A DNA stretch of 64,000 bases from the IMG/VR virus record IMGVR_UViG_3300028577_000011. One strand, written 5' to 3'. Below, in pieces: positions 45,734-55,296 of the stretch. The notes under the pieces were generated by a model that saw nothing but the letters and a program-made list of their open reading frames with translations, did no database searches and had not been told where the DNA came from. Source of the stretch: an uncultured virus (IMG/VR IMGVR_UViG_3300028577_000011). Lineage: Duplodnaviria > Heunggongvirae > Uroviricota > Caudoviricetes. A program made the translations under genes and the position numbers. Numbering within the stretch: the first letter of the stretch is position 1; every line of letters begins with the position of its first letter.

Positions 45734-46749
45734 ACTTCGACATTGACGCACGGACGATCCTGCAGGTTCGGCACGGCTCACACGCCTACGGCCTCAACAC
45801 CCCCACGTCCGACCTCGACATCAAGGGTGTTTGCGTCAAGCCCAAGAGCGCGTACCTCGGTTTCACGCAGCGCTTCGAGCAGCAGGAGCACATAGGTGGT
45901 AAGGACGCCAGTGATGGCGTCGATAAGGTCACCTTCTCGCTCGACAAGTTCGCCGCACTGGCCGCCGACTGCAACCCGAACATCATCGAGATCCTGTGGG
46001 TCGACGACAGCGACGTGCTGAAGTCAGATGCCTTCGGTGATGAGCTGCGTGGCCTGCGCGCGGACTTCTTGTCGAAGAAAGCGCGGCACACATTTAGCGG
46101 CTACGCCTTTGCGCAGTTGAAGCGCATCAAGTCCCACCGTGTGTGGCTCTTGAACCCGCCGTCTGCACCGCCTACACGTGAACAGTTCGGTCTGACGGAG
46201 CTGACGAAAGTCAGCAAGTCTGAGATCGGCGCCTTCGACTCGCTATTCAACCTGCACACCGTCGATGATGAAGCCACGTCGGCCGAGCGCATCGGTGAGA
46301 TCGTTGAGACTGCACGCAGCGTCCTCAATGTCGAGCTACCCAAGGACGTCATCACCCTGTTCACCCGGGAGAAGGCGTACCGAGCGGCACTAGCCCACTG
46401 GGAGCAGTACCTCACGTGGAAAAAGGCACGTAACCCAAAGCGGGCCGAACTCGAGGCCAAGTTCGGGTACGATACCAAGCACGGCATGCACCTTTGGAGG
46501 CTGATGCGCATGTGCAAGGAGATCTTGATGACGGGCAGGGTGCTAGTTAAGCGGCCAGATCGCGAAGACCTATTGCGTGTCCGCAATGGTGACGTCAGCT
46601 ACGATGAGTTGATTGAGCAGGCCGATCGCCTCGAGGTCGAGTGCGATGAGTTGTACCAGACGTCGTCGCTACCTCGTGAACCCAACCGAGCCTACCTCGA
46701 TAGGTGCATCGTCGACATGACCGATCGCTACCTGACGCTGCACGGTTAA
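45730..46749 (+). CDS. Pol-beta-superfamily nucleotidyltransferase (YcgL/RlaP-like)
   Basis: GSHAYGLNTPTSDLDIKG, NPNIIE, GYDTKHGMHLWRL. Confidence 0.8.
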   Translation: MNFDIDARTILQVRHGSHAYGLNTPTSDLDIKGVCVKPKSAYLGFTQRFEQQEHIGGKDASDGVDKVTFSLDKFAALAADCNPNIIEILWVDDSDVLKSDAFGDELRGLRADFLSKKARHTFSGYAFAQLKRIKSHRVWLLNPPSAPPTREQFGLTELTKVSKSEIGAFDSLFNLHTVDDEATSAERIGEIVETARSVLNVELPKDVITLFTREKAYRAALAHWEQYLTWKKARNPKRAELEAKFGYDTKHGMHLWRLMRMCKEILMTGRVLVKRPDREDLLRVRNGDVSYDELIEQADRLEVECDELYQTSSLPREPNRAYLDRCIVDMTDRYLTLHG

Positions 46750-46782
46750 ACACGGCCCCACACCGGTGTACTGTGTGATCAG

Positions 46783-47274
46783 ATGTTGTTCATTGTCGTC
46801 TTTGCCGTGTCACTGCTCACTGCGACATTCTTCGGCCACGCGATTCACTGGGCCCTGCACCAACGCTGGTCGCGGGTCTTCAATCGGGCCCACATGGAAC
46901 ATCATTGTGATTTGTACCCTCCCGGTCGCCTGTCGTCCGACAAGTACCGCCTACCACGCTGGTACCACCGCGGGGCCTTGCTCTTTACGCCGCCACTCCT
47001 CATTATTCTGGCGACGGCGGGTGGGCTGTTGTGGTTGCTGGGTGCGCCGTGGTGGACGTTGGTCGTCTTTGGCATCGTCTTGATTGGCTTCGGCCTCTTC
47101 AACGATGCGGCCCACGACACCATGCACATCAGGCAGTACCCGCTGATGAAGCACAGGTGGTACCGTAACATGCGGAAACTGCACTACCTGCATCACGTCG
47201 ACATGAAGACAAACTTCGGCATCGTGAGTTTCACCTGGGATAAAGTGTTCAGGACGTTCGCTGATAAACGCTGA
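46783..47274 (+). CDS. Fatty acid hydroxylase / sterol desaturase family membrane protein
   Basis: His boxes HWALH, HMEHH, HDTMH, HYLHH; NFGI...WDKVFRT; TM segments. Confidence 0.8.
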   Translation: MLFIVVFAVSLLTATFFGHAIHWALHQRWSRVFNRAHMEHHCDLYPPGRLSSDKYRLPRWYHRGALLFTPPLLIILATAGGLLWLLGAPWWTLVVFGIVLIGFGLFNDAAHDTMHIRQYPLMKHRWYRNMRKLHYLHHVDMKTNFGIVSFTWDKVFRTFADKR

Positions 47275-47296
47275 CGCACACGAACGCAGTGACAAC

Positions 47297-47590
47297 ATGA
47301 AACCCGGTGACCTCATCGAGTGGTTTTACAAGTTGAACGGCGACGTCGTTCATCCTCGTGAAACGTTGTGGTCGTCGATTGAGCAGCGCTACGTGCCCAT
47401 CGGGGGCACCCACCTGTTGGTCAGCATCGTCAACGGTGAGCTGACCTTCCTCACTTTGGGGGCACAATGTAAGGGGTTGCTCCGCGCGCACGAGGATGAT
47501 CTAGTGAGCGCGTCGGACTTCGAGGCATCGTGGCGGATTGCTCCACGCGTGAGTGAGTGTAAAGTGTTGGTGCCTCGTGGTAGGATGTAG
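47297..47590 (+). CDS. 'MKPGDLIEW' family protein, paralogue of 25615..25878
   Basis: Collinear protein alignment and shared DNA blocks. Confidence 0.65.
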   Translation: MKPGDLIEWFYKLNGDVVHPRETLWSSIEQRYVPIGGTHLLVSIVNGELTFLTLGAQCKGLLRAHEDDLVSASDFEASWRIAPRVSECKVLVPRGRM

Positions 47591-47594
47591 CTAG

Positions 47595-47852
47595 ATGTGT
47601 CCCTATCGCTATGCGCTGCAGCCGTCGTCGGTGCCCCGTCCTCGACGTACCCTATTGGGTCGTTACAGGACGTTCTGCCGGCGCGTCGAAGTCTTCTTCG
47701 GTCGCCTGCACTTGGGCCGCCTGAAGCGAGACACCTGCTTTGCGTGCGGCAAGCGAGAACCGGGACCTGCGAATCGTACGTCACGGCACCGAGATTTTCC
47801 TGACCTGTACGACTGTGGTTGCATTGAGAGGAGTTGCTCACATGATCGCTGA
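47595..47852 (+). CDS. Small Cys-rich hypothetical protein
   Basis: CFAC...CGC; follows a TAGGAT -10-like element. Confidence 0.4.
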   Translation: MCPYRYALQPSSVPRPRRTLLGRYRTFCRRVEVFFGRLHLGRLKRDTCFACGKREPGPANRTSRHRDFPDLYDCGCIERSCSHDR

Positions 47853-48375
47853 AGTTGACCCGAAGTTGCTCTCGATCGCCGCCGCGTTCATCGGCGCGCG
47901 CCTGCAGCACGTGCTGCCACGCTGTAATAGCCGCCACCTTGGCCCGGTGTCGACGATCAGCGTTGAGCAATACAAGAGCAAGTTCAATTACGTACGCATC
48001 TATTGCACTCTGGCTGATCCCGACCTGGTGCAGGCAAAGGCTGAGGCCGCCGGGTTCGCAGTCGACGCCCTCTTCACGGCCACGTGCCTCAGGCGCGACG
48101 CCATGTTCTACCGCCAGTGTTACCTCGACATGGTGACGTTGATGCCGCACCTGCGTGAGGCGATCTGTTCGCAGGCCGACTACTACGAGCTGTTGTTCGC
48201 CGACGTCGCTGAGCTGCATGCTCACCTCGATGAGTTAGCAATACCTGATCCGAAGGTGATCAACAAGTTCGAGCACTATTTCAGGCGGTACGGCGTTGAT
48301 AGCGTCGACAAGCTGAAGGAGCTGCTGGCATCGTTCTACCCGCCGCCCTCACGCGATACGACTGTCAACCGCTGA
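47842..48375 (+). CDS. Hypothetical protein
   Basis: GAGGAG RBS; GC3-rich. Confidence 0.55.
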   Translation: MIAEVDPKLLSIAAAFIGARLQHVLPRCNSRHLGPVSTISVEQYKSKFNYVRIYCTLADPDLVQAKAEAAGFAVDALFTATCLRRDAMFYRQCYLDMVTLMPHLREAICSQADYYELLFADVAELHAHLDELAIPDPKVINKFEHYFRRYGVDSVDKLKELLASFYPPPSRDTTVNR

Positions 48376-48406
48376 ACAACATCGCCGCGTGGTGTACGAT
48401 TGTAAC

Positions 48407-49219
48407 ATGACACAATTCGCGTGGGCAACTGATTGCCATCTCGATCACTTGGGTGACGACAATCAACACTTGATCAAGTTCGCCGAGTCGCTGATCAAGA
48501 GCAACCCGACGGGCGTCTTCTTGACAGGCGACATCTCCGTCGCGCGCAAGCTGGTCTTTCACCTGTCGGCGATCGAGAAGGTGGTGCAGCGACCCATCTA
48601 TGTCGTGTTGGGCAACCACGATTACTACGGGAGTTCGATTGAGCACGTCCGCAAGATGATGCGAGAGCTGACCAACGTCAGTCCCTTCATCCGCTACATG
48701 CCGACGATGCCCTACTTTTCCCTGACGCAGGCAACGGGCATCGTCGGCCATGATGGCTGGTACGACGGCTACATCGGTGACTGGCAGAACAGCTCGTTCA
48801 ACATGACTGATTGGACTGCAATTCACGACTTCTTGCCCGTCAACGGTGCCAAGTCGACGATCGTCGGGCTGGCCCGTAAATTGGCCCACGAGGGCGTCCT
48901 CCACATGCAGAACGGCATCAAGCAGGCCGTCAAGTACCACAAGCACATCGTCGTCCTCACCCACTACCCGCCCTTTGCCGAGGCCCACGTGCACGAAGGT
49001 CACCCGGGCGAACAGAGCGTCATGCCATTCTTCACCAGCAAGATGTGCGGTGACATGCTGATGGCGGCATCGAAGGCGTACCCGAACGTCAATTTCAACG
49101 TCTTCGCCGGTCACACACACGGGAAGGTCGACTTGAAAATCACGCCGAATTTGTCTGTCCACGTGGGCGCCGCGACCTACGGCAAACCCGAACTGCAGGG
49201 GCTGGTCGACGTCGCATGA
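48407..49219 (+). CDS. Calcineurin-like metallophosphoesterase
   Basis: DCHLD, TGD, GNHD, THYPP, GHTH. Confidence 0.9.
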   Translation: MTQFAWATDCHLDHLGDDNQHLIKFAESLIKSNPTGVFLTGDISVARKLVFHLSAIEKVVQRPIYVVLGNHDYYGSSIEHVRKMMRELTNVSPFIRYMPTMPYFSLTQATGIVGHDGWYDGYIGDWQNSSFNMTDWTAIHDFLPVNGAKSTIVGLARKLAHEGVLHMQNGIKQAVKYHKHIVVLTHYPPFAEAHVHEGHPGEQSVMPFFTSKMCGDMLMAASKAYPNVNFNVFAGHTHGKVDLKITPNLSVHVGAATYGKPELQGLVDVA

Positions 49220-49503
49220 ACTTCAAGATCGTCATGGGGGAGACCGCTCTCGGCATTGAGCACAAGTTCGTTGGGCCCGGCCTTTCACAGTACGCGAACG
49301 GGGTTCACTTTCTTCAGGTCCCAAACGCCTGGGCGCTCAAGTGCATGGAGGGAGACGAGGTACTCTCGTGCGAAGAGAAGATTGATCACAGCTTTGGTAA
49401 GCGCCAAGCTGAGACAGTCATACAGTTACTCGAACAGGCGTTTGAAGCCGGGAAGACCGAAGCCAAACGGGAACTGCGCGCCATGTTGGGCATTCACCAG
49501 TGA
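49216..49503 (+). CDS. Hypothetical protein
   Basis: Translationally coupled ORF. Confidence 0.5.
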   Translation: MNFKIVMGETALGIEHKFVGPGLSQYANGVHFLQVPNAWALKCMEGDEVLSCEEKIDHSFGKRQAETVIQLLEQAFEAGKTEAKRELRAMLGIHQ

Positions 49504-50390
49504 GGGTTGAGACCTTCACCGACGGCTACGCCATCTGCGCTGACTGCACCACAGTCGAGACCGTCAACGCAGTCCGTGAACTGACGGGTGCGATCCCATT
49601 AATCATTGCGGATCCGCCTTACGGGCACATCCTATCAGACGCTTGGGACAACCCGATCGAACTCTCCAACGCCAGCGAGTTCGCGCAGTGGATGTTGGAG
49701 TGGACATACAAGTGGTCACAATTGTTGCTGCCCAACGCAGCTTTTTACGTCTGGGGGGGAACGGGGAAACCTGACTTCAGGCCCTTCTTTCGCTACATCA
49801 TCAAGGTTGAGGATCAGTTTACTGGCACGGGTGATCCACGTAGTGCAGTCGGCCTGAAACTCGCCAATCTGATCACCTGGTCGAAAAAGCGGGCCTACGG
49901 CGTCAAGCACAACTACTTGTTCACACGTGAAGAGCTGGCTTACTTCATCAAGGGTGATGACATCAAGAAACCTCGTTGTTTTAACATCCCATTGCTCGAG
50001 ACATTGCGTGGGTACAAAGGCTATAACAAAAAATACCCGGCAAAATCTGATTTTTACCGTCGCACCAACGTGTGGACTGACATCACCGAAGTCATGCGCG
50101 GCAAGGTGCACTCGGCGCAGAAGGCCCAACGTGTCATCGAGATCCCGATCGAGGTGCACACGCAGCCCGGTGAGTACGTCATTGACCCATTCGCGGGTTC
50201 GGGCACCACGGCCCTGGCCGCCCGCAAGTTGGGCCGCAAGTTCGTCGTCATCGAGAACGATGAAAAGACGTTCGATGAGATGGTCGCTAGACTACACGAA
50301 AGTGCCATTGTAAACGGGCACGGCCCAAGTGTAGAGTCTGACCATGGACACCAAGCAGCCACTGATCGGTCAGACACCGACGTCGACTGA
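49500..50390 (+). CDS. DNA methyltransferase (N6-A/N4-C, beta class)
   Basis: IADPPY precedes DPFAGSGTT. Confidence 0.88.
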   Translation: MRVETFTDGYAICADCTTVETVNAVRELTGAIPLIIADPPYGHILSDAWDNPIELSNASEFAQWMLEWTYKWSQLLLPNAAFYVWGGTGKPDFRPFFRYIIKVEDQFTGTGDPRSAVGLKLANLITWSKKRAYGVKHNYLFTREELAYFIKGDDIKKPRCFNIPLLETLRGYKGYNKKYPAKSDFYRRTNVWTDITEVMRGKVHSAQKAQRVIEIPIEVHTQPGEYVIDPFAGSGTTALAARKLGRKFVVIENDEKTFDEMVARLHESAIVNGHGPSVESDHGHQAATDRSDTDVD

Positions 50391-50670
50391 ACCCGTACGC
50401 GAGGATCCCGCCACGTTGCAGCGGCAGATTGCGTACTACACTCACGTACAGCGCTGTGCGTCAATTCGCCGTGAACGTGCCGAGGAGCTGATGCAGCGTC
50501 CCGTCGCCAAGTCTTGGGACGCGGCCAAGAAGGCCAAGATGGTGCGCAAGTTGATGGCGTCGAAGCAGGAGTTCGATCAGTCGGTCAGCGCGCTCGACCA
50601 GCTCAACTTCAGGTTGCAGCAGGTCACCAACGGGCAGGGCACTTCGGGACCTGTCACCAACACGCCATGA
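50344..50670 (+). CDS. Hypothetical coiled-coil protein
   Basis: TAAAC-N16-TAGAGT-N6-ATG upstream. Confidence 0.55.
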   Translation: MDTKQPLIGQTPTSTEPVREDPATLQRQIAYYTHVQRCASIRRERAEELMQRPVAKSWDAAKKAKMVRKLMASKQEFDQSVSALDQLNFRLQQVTNGQGTSGPVTNTP

Positions 50671-51443
50671 ATACCATTCACCAAGCCACTGCGTTGTCGG
50701 TGCTGAAGGCGACGCCTGACAACAGCGTCGATCTTGTGTACTCCGATCCGCCTTTTGGCACCGGCGTTGTGCAGTCGTCTCACGGTATGGCATACAACGA
50801 CGTCACACTGGAGTACGGCGCCTTCTTGAGCCAGCACCTCGTTGAATTTCACCGCGTCCTGAAACCCACGGGTACCCTGTACCTGCACCTCGACTGGCGA
50901 CACGTGCACATCGCTCGTCTCGACTGCGATCAGATCTTCGGTACAGACAACTTTCTCAACGAGATTATCTGGAGCTACAATTTTGGGGGCCGTGGCAAGA
51001 CGACATGGGCACGTAAGCATGATAACATTCTCGTCTATGCCAAGCACGCTGGTCAGCACGTCTTCAACTACGATGACATTGACCGCGTGCCCTACAAAGC
51101 TCCCGACATGCAGCGAGTGGGCAGGACACCTGAAGACGCTGAGGCTCGCATCGCACGTGGGCAGGTGCCGACCGACGTTTGGGAGATGAGCATCATCGGG
51201 ACGAACGCCAAGGAACGCACGGGGTATCCCACACAAAAGCCCCTAAAGCTCGTCGAACGCATCATCACCGCCAGCTCGCCACCCGGGGGTCTGGTCATGG
51301 ACGTCTTCGCGGGTTCTGGCACCACAGGCGAAGCCGCACACAAGCACGGCCGTTCGTTCGTCCTTGCCGACACCAACCCACAGGCGATTGAAGTGATGCA
51401 GCGACGATTGAAGGACGTGCCCACTGATTGGAGATTACCGTGA
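50667..51443 (+). CDS. DNA methyltransferase (N6-A/N4-C, beta class)
   Basis: YSDPPF, NEIIW, YPTQKP, DVFAGSGTT. Confidence 0.9.
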   Translation: MNTIHQATALSVLKATPDNSVDLVYSDPPFGTGVVQSSHGMAYNDVTLEYGAFLSQHLVEFHRVLKPTGTLYLHLDWRHVHIARLDCDQIFGTDNFLNEIIWSYNFGGRGKTTWARKHDNILVYAKHAGQHVFNYDDIDRVPYKAPDMQRVGRTPEDAEARIARGQVPTDVWEMSIIGTNAKERTGYPTQKPLKLVERIITASSPPGGLVMDVFAGSGTTGEAAHKHGRSFVLADTNPQAIEVMQRRLKDVPTDWRLP

Positions 51444-52384
51444 CCGACGTCGTGAACTTCAATGAAGTCAAGCTGAACAAGCCCCTGTTGACGATGCTGC
51501 ACGAAGGCCAGCTCTTCAACCGTGGCACGTTGGAACTGCTTGGGCTCGTCTTCGAGCACGGTGGCTACATCGCTGGCGGTTTTGCGGCGTTGGTCGCCCG
51601 CCACGTGGTCATGTGCACACCAGCGGCAGACTTTTACCGTGATGTCGTCAATCACACGGGAGGCCCGATCAAGGTCGCTGGGTGGTCGCATGCGTTTCGT
51701 CGCCACGGTGACATCGACGTCTTCTTCTCGTCACAGCAACAACTCGACGGCTTTCTCAACGATCCACGTCGGTCGATCGTCGACTTGAACGTCACGCCGA
51801 CGGTGACGGGCGCTGGGTTGGATCACATCGTCGATGGAGATGTCAAGGTGCAGGTCATCACCCGGTGGGCGAGGCCGATGAAGGAGCACATGACCAGCTT
51901 TGACATCTACAACTCCATGGCGGGCGTGACGAATGAAGTGTTGGTGATGGCGGAGCAGTGGGAAGCGCTCGAGCGAGCCATGATGCTGCACGTGACGACG
52001 TGGGCCGGGCCGTGGACAGTCGGCCGTGTCTTCAAGTATGTCAACACTAAGGGCTACAGTACACTGACACCGTTGACTGCGGCTTACCTACACAGTGAGG
52101 TGTGCAAGACGCTGGAGCAGGTCAAGTCGGTGCGCTTTGAGATCGAACACGCTCGCATGGTGACTCGCAAGGCTCCTCCCGCTCACCTCCACCTCGAATT
52201 GCAGCGTAACACACTGTTGAGGTACATGGTCGGGTGTAGAGAGGGTAGGAAGCAGTGGGTGTTGAAGCCCCTGCTGGCCAGTTTCACTGCAGAGCAATTG
52301 CTGACGTTGTCGGCGCTGTGTGGGACGGAACCCGCGTACGACTACGCCATGAAGGAAATTCACAGGCGCATGCCCGTCGGGTGA
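51440..52384 (+). CDS. Nucleotidyltransferase-like protein (CCA/poly(A) polymerase head-like)
   Basis: YIAGGF, GDIDVFF, VQVI, SFDI. Confidence 0.45.
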   Translation: MTDVVNFNEVKLNKPLLTMLHEGQLFNRGTLELLGLVFEHGGYIAGGFAALVARHVVMCTPAADFYRDVVNHTGGPIKVAGWSHAFRRHGDIDVFFSSQQQLDGFLNDPRRSIVDLNVTPTVTGAGLDHIVDGDVKVQVITRWARPMKEHMTSFDIYNSMAGVTNEVLVMAEQWEALERAMMLHVTTWAGPWTVGRVFKYVNTKGYSTLTPLTAAYLHSEVCKTLEQVKSVRFEIEHARMVTRKAPPAHLHLELQRNTLLRYMVGCREGRKQWVLKPLLASFTAEQLLTLSALCGTEPAYDYAMKEIHRRMPVG

Positions 52385-52429
52385 GGTGTGATGCATAAGA
52401 TGCATCAGCACTGCCTAGTTATCGCTGAC

Positions 52430-53380
52430 ATGTACCTCGCGCCCAAGCGGCTTCGACCCGGAGCCCGCGTTGCCATCATCGCCCCTGCTTCACCCTTTCG
52501 CCCTGAAGAGCTGGTGGTGGGCCTCGACGTCGTCCGCGAGTGTGGCCTTGAGCCCGTGCTGGGCCCCAACGTCAGGTCACTGCGGACGGTTGACATCCAC
52601 GCCGCACCGCTGGTCGACCGCGCTGAAGAACTGATGTGGGCCTTCACCGACCCGACGATCAGCGGTGTCATCTGTGCGTTGGGTGGCTACGGCAGCGCCG
52701 AGACGTTGCCCTACCTCGACTTTGACAAGATCAGGGCCTCAAGGCGCCCGCTGCTAGGCCTGAGCGACATCTCGGCCCTCAACAATGGCCTGTTGACGGG
52801 CGCGGGACTCATCAGCATCAATGGCCAGTACCCGGCGATCAGGCTCGACAAGGGTGAGCGCATCAAGAAGCTCGACTGTGAGTCGCTGAAGTTTGGCTTG
52901 GAATTGATGATGAGCGACCAGCCGTGGGACGTACGTCCCTTTGCAGTCAACCAGTTCCTGCCCCGGACGGTGTCGCCCGGGCGGGCCAGCGGCCACGTCA
53001 TCGGCATGAACTTGGAGACGTTCTGTTGCTTGCTGGGCACCCCCTTCTTTCCCGACGCCCAGGATGCTATTCTGTTCATTGAGGACGTGCGCAAGGACGG
53101 CGAAAAAGTGGCCCGCATGTTTAGCCAACTGCGCCTCGCTGGCGTCCTTGACAAGGTGGCTGGCATCGTCGTCGGTGAGTTTGCCGAGGTGCCGACGAAG
53201 TTGGAACCCGACGTGCCGTCGATCGAGGACGTCATCCTGCAGTACCTGTCGAACGGGCCCCCGTGTATGTATGGGGCATCCTTCTCTCACGGCGATTGGA
53301 CAATTCCCGTCCCGGTGGGAGCACAGTGTACGATGGATGCAGATACGGGTGAAGTGTCCTTTGACTTCTCGATGGCCTGA
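52430..53380 (+). CDS. LD-carboxypeptidase, peptidase S66 (LdcA/MccF family)
   Basis: IAPAS, GGYGS, GLSDIS (Ser), LFIEDV (Glu), FSHG (His). Confidence 0.88.
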   Translation: MYLAPKRLRPGARVAIIAPASPFRPEELVVGLDVVRECGLEPVLGPNVRSLRTVDIHAAPLVDRAEELMWAFTDPTISGVICALGGYGSAETLPYLDFDKIRASRRPLLGLSDISALNNGLLTGAGLISINGQYPAIRLDKGERIKKLDCESLKFGLELMMSDQPWDVRPFAVNQFLPRTVSPGRASGHVIGMNLETFCCLLGTPFFPDAQDAILFIEDVRKDGEKVARMFSQLRLAGVLDKVAGIVVGEFAEVPTKLEPDVPSIEDVILQYLSNGPPCMYGASFSHGDWTIPVPVGAQCTMDADTGEVSFDFSMA

Positions 53381-53506
53381 ACACCCCCGCGTTCCGCATT
53401 AGGATTGGACTGTGATCTTGTCAGTCGAATTTTTGAGTGTGGTGCCGTGGGCTGTGCAAGCGTGTGCGGTGTAAGTATAGGATGAACTCTGACGAAGGAT
53501 GATCCC

Positions 53507-54064
53507 GTGAAGCGCGCCCTGCTCCTCAATGCCGATTACACACCCCTCCATTTCATCAGCGATTGGCGTGCCATTCGCCTGGTGATGCTCTCTCGCGCCG
53601 AGATCGTCATTGACTTTCAGACGGGTCTGCCGTCGGTGTGGGATGACGAGGCCTTCACTTCGCCCGGATTGATGCCCACTGATCCACTGCGATCGGTCGC
53701 CATCCCGGCGACGTTGCGGATGTACCGCAAGATCCACAAGAAGTGGAAGCCACCGCGTTTTCGCAGCCAAGTGTTGTTCAACCGTGATGATTGGACGTGC
53801 CAGTATTGCGGCACCAAGTTGTCGTGGAAGACGGTCGAGATCGAGCACGTGGTGCCGTTGTCACGTGGTGGGCCGACGACGTGGCTCAACTGCGTGTCTG
53901 CGTGCAGGGACTGCAACAAGCGCAAGGGCAACAGGACGCCCGACGAAGTGGGCATGAAGCTGTTGAAGAAGCCCGCCAGTCCGACGGCACTGCACTTCTG
54001 GGACGCCGCCAAGACCGATTGTTACCACCCGTCGTGGGATACATTCCTCCCGAAGGAACGCTGA
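53507..54064 (+). CDS. HNH endonuclease
   Basis: LLNADYTPL, RDDWTCQYCG, EHVVPLSRGG, NCVSACRDCNKRKG. Confidence 0.9.
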   Translation: MKRALLLNADYTPLHFISDWRAIRLVMLSRAEIVIDFQTGLPSVWDDEAFTSPGLMPTDPLRSVAIPATLRMYRKIHKKWKPPRFRSQVLFNRDDWTCQYCGTKLSWKTVEIEHVVPLSRGGPTTWLNCVSACRDCNKRKGNRTPDEVGMKLLKKPASPTALHFWDAAKTDCYHPSWDTFLPKER

Positions 54065-54077
54065 CCGACGCGTCGCT

Positions 54078-54097
54078 GATACTTATCGCTCAGGAGC
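54078..54097 (+). promoter_or_regulatory. Putative late promoter plus RBS, second copy
   Basis: GATACTTATCGCTCAGGAGC. Confidence 0.7.
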
Positions 54098-54105
54098 CTG
54101 TGCGC

Positions 54106-55287
54106 ATGCGATTGAACCTGACTGAGTTGCAGCGAGTCGTGGAGCGAACAATTGACGAAGAGAGGGCCGTTGATGCCCTGAAGGGTGAAATCCGCCGCGT
54201 CTTGGGCCCGGTCGTCATCACTGAGGGTCGGCTAGAACACGTCGTGGCCGAGGCCAATGATCGCCTCGACGTCCTGCACCGCACGGGCCGCGACGGGCAA
54301 CTTGACTTTCTCTCCAACATCACCACGACCTTCATCGACCACAAGCACCCCGAGGTTCGACGCTTTGCGGCGCGCATCATCCCGGAACGTTTCTTGCCCA
54401 AGATGGTGACCGACAAGGACGCCGCCGTCCGCGCCGCCGTCGCCATGCGGGTGCCCATGCCCGCGGTTCGCGAGATGATGAAGCGCTTCAAGCACGACGA
54501 CCAACTACGTGCCATCTATCGCCAACGCAAGCAGGCGCTGCACGAGGCGGGCATCAGCCCACCCAAGGCAGAACCCCTGGGCCATGACCCTGTCGACGGT
54601 GCAGAGCGAATGGGCGACGTGGCCCGGACGGCCGAAGGCCCCGAATTGAGCGATGCATGGTACGACGAACAGGCCCGCCTCTTCATTCACGACTACGCTC
54701 GAGCCGAGGCCAATGATCAGCATGCCCGGTTGCTCGATCGGGGGTGGGCATCGCTCGTCGTCCGCCGCTTCTGTGCCAGCACCAAGGCGACGGCGCACGT
54801 TGAGATCGATGCAGAGAAGTTGCTGAAGCACGTCAACGACCTGATGGAAGAGAAGGACGATCGGACGCTGGAACGCGACGCGATGAAGGAGACCCTGGCG
54901 TGGTTGGGTGCGCAGGACATCAATGAGTCGGCACTGCCTGAATTCCACGAGATCATCGATCCCGTCCGTGCACTGCTGGAGGCCAACCTGTCGCAGGAAC
55001 AGTACGTCGCCGAGGCGCTGAAGCTGTTCAACGTCAAGCGGTCGGAGCTGCCCAAGGGCATCCGCAAGTACTGCCTGGGTGAGGCCAACCTGCGGGTGAC
55101 GTTGGTGCCGTGCCTGGGTAGCCTGCCGCACCAGCACGGTTTCCGCGCCGTCGACGAGCGTGCCCTCGACAAGTTCTGTGAGTCGTGGAACGACGGCCAA
55201 GCGCTGGTCGGCGAGCCCTTCGTCCTCAACTGGGGACCTCACCAGGGCGATGCATCGAAGGTCAACTTTACCGTCACCCTGAAGTAA
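54106..55287 (+). CDS. Leader-family protein with HEAT/LRV-like repeats (MRLNLTELQRVVERTIDEE)
   Basis: GATACTTATCGCTCAGGAG upstream; DHKHPEVRRFAA and DKDAAVRAAVA repeats. Confidence 0.65.
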   Translation: MRLNLTELQRVVERTIDEERAVDALKGEIRRVLGPVVITEGRLEHVVAEANDRLDVLHRTGRDGQLDFLSNITTTFIDHKHPEVRRFAARIIPERFLPKMVTDKDAAVRAAVAMRVPMPAVREMMKRFKHDDQLRAIYRQRKQALHEAGISPPKAEPLGHDPVDGAERMGDVARTAEGPELSDAWYDEQARLFIHDYARAEANDQHARLLDRGWASLVVRRFCASTKATAHVEIDAEKLLKHVNDLMEEKDDRTLERDAMKETLAWLGAQDINESALPEFHEIIDPVRALLEANLSQEQYVAEALKLFNVKRSELPKGIRKYCLGEANLRVTLVPCLGSLPHQHGFRAVDERALDKFCESWNDGQALVGEPFVLNWGPHQGDASKVNFTVTLK

Positions 55288-55296
55288 GATCTTGAG

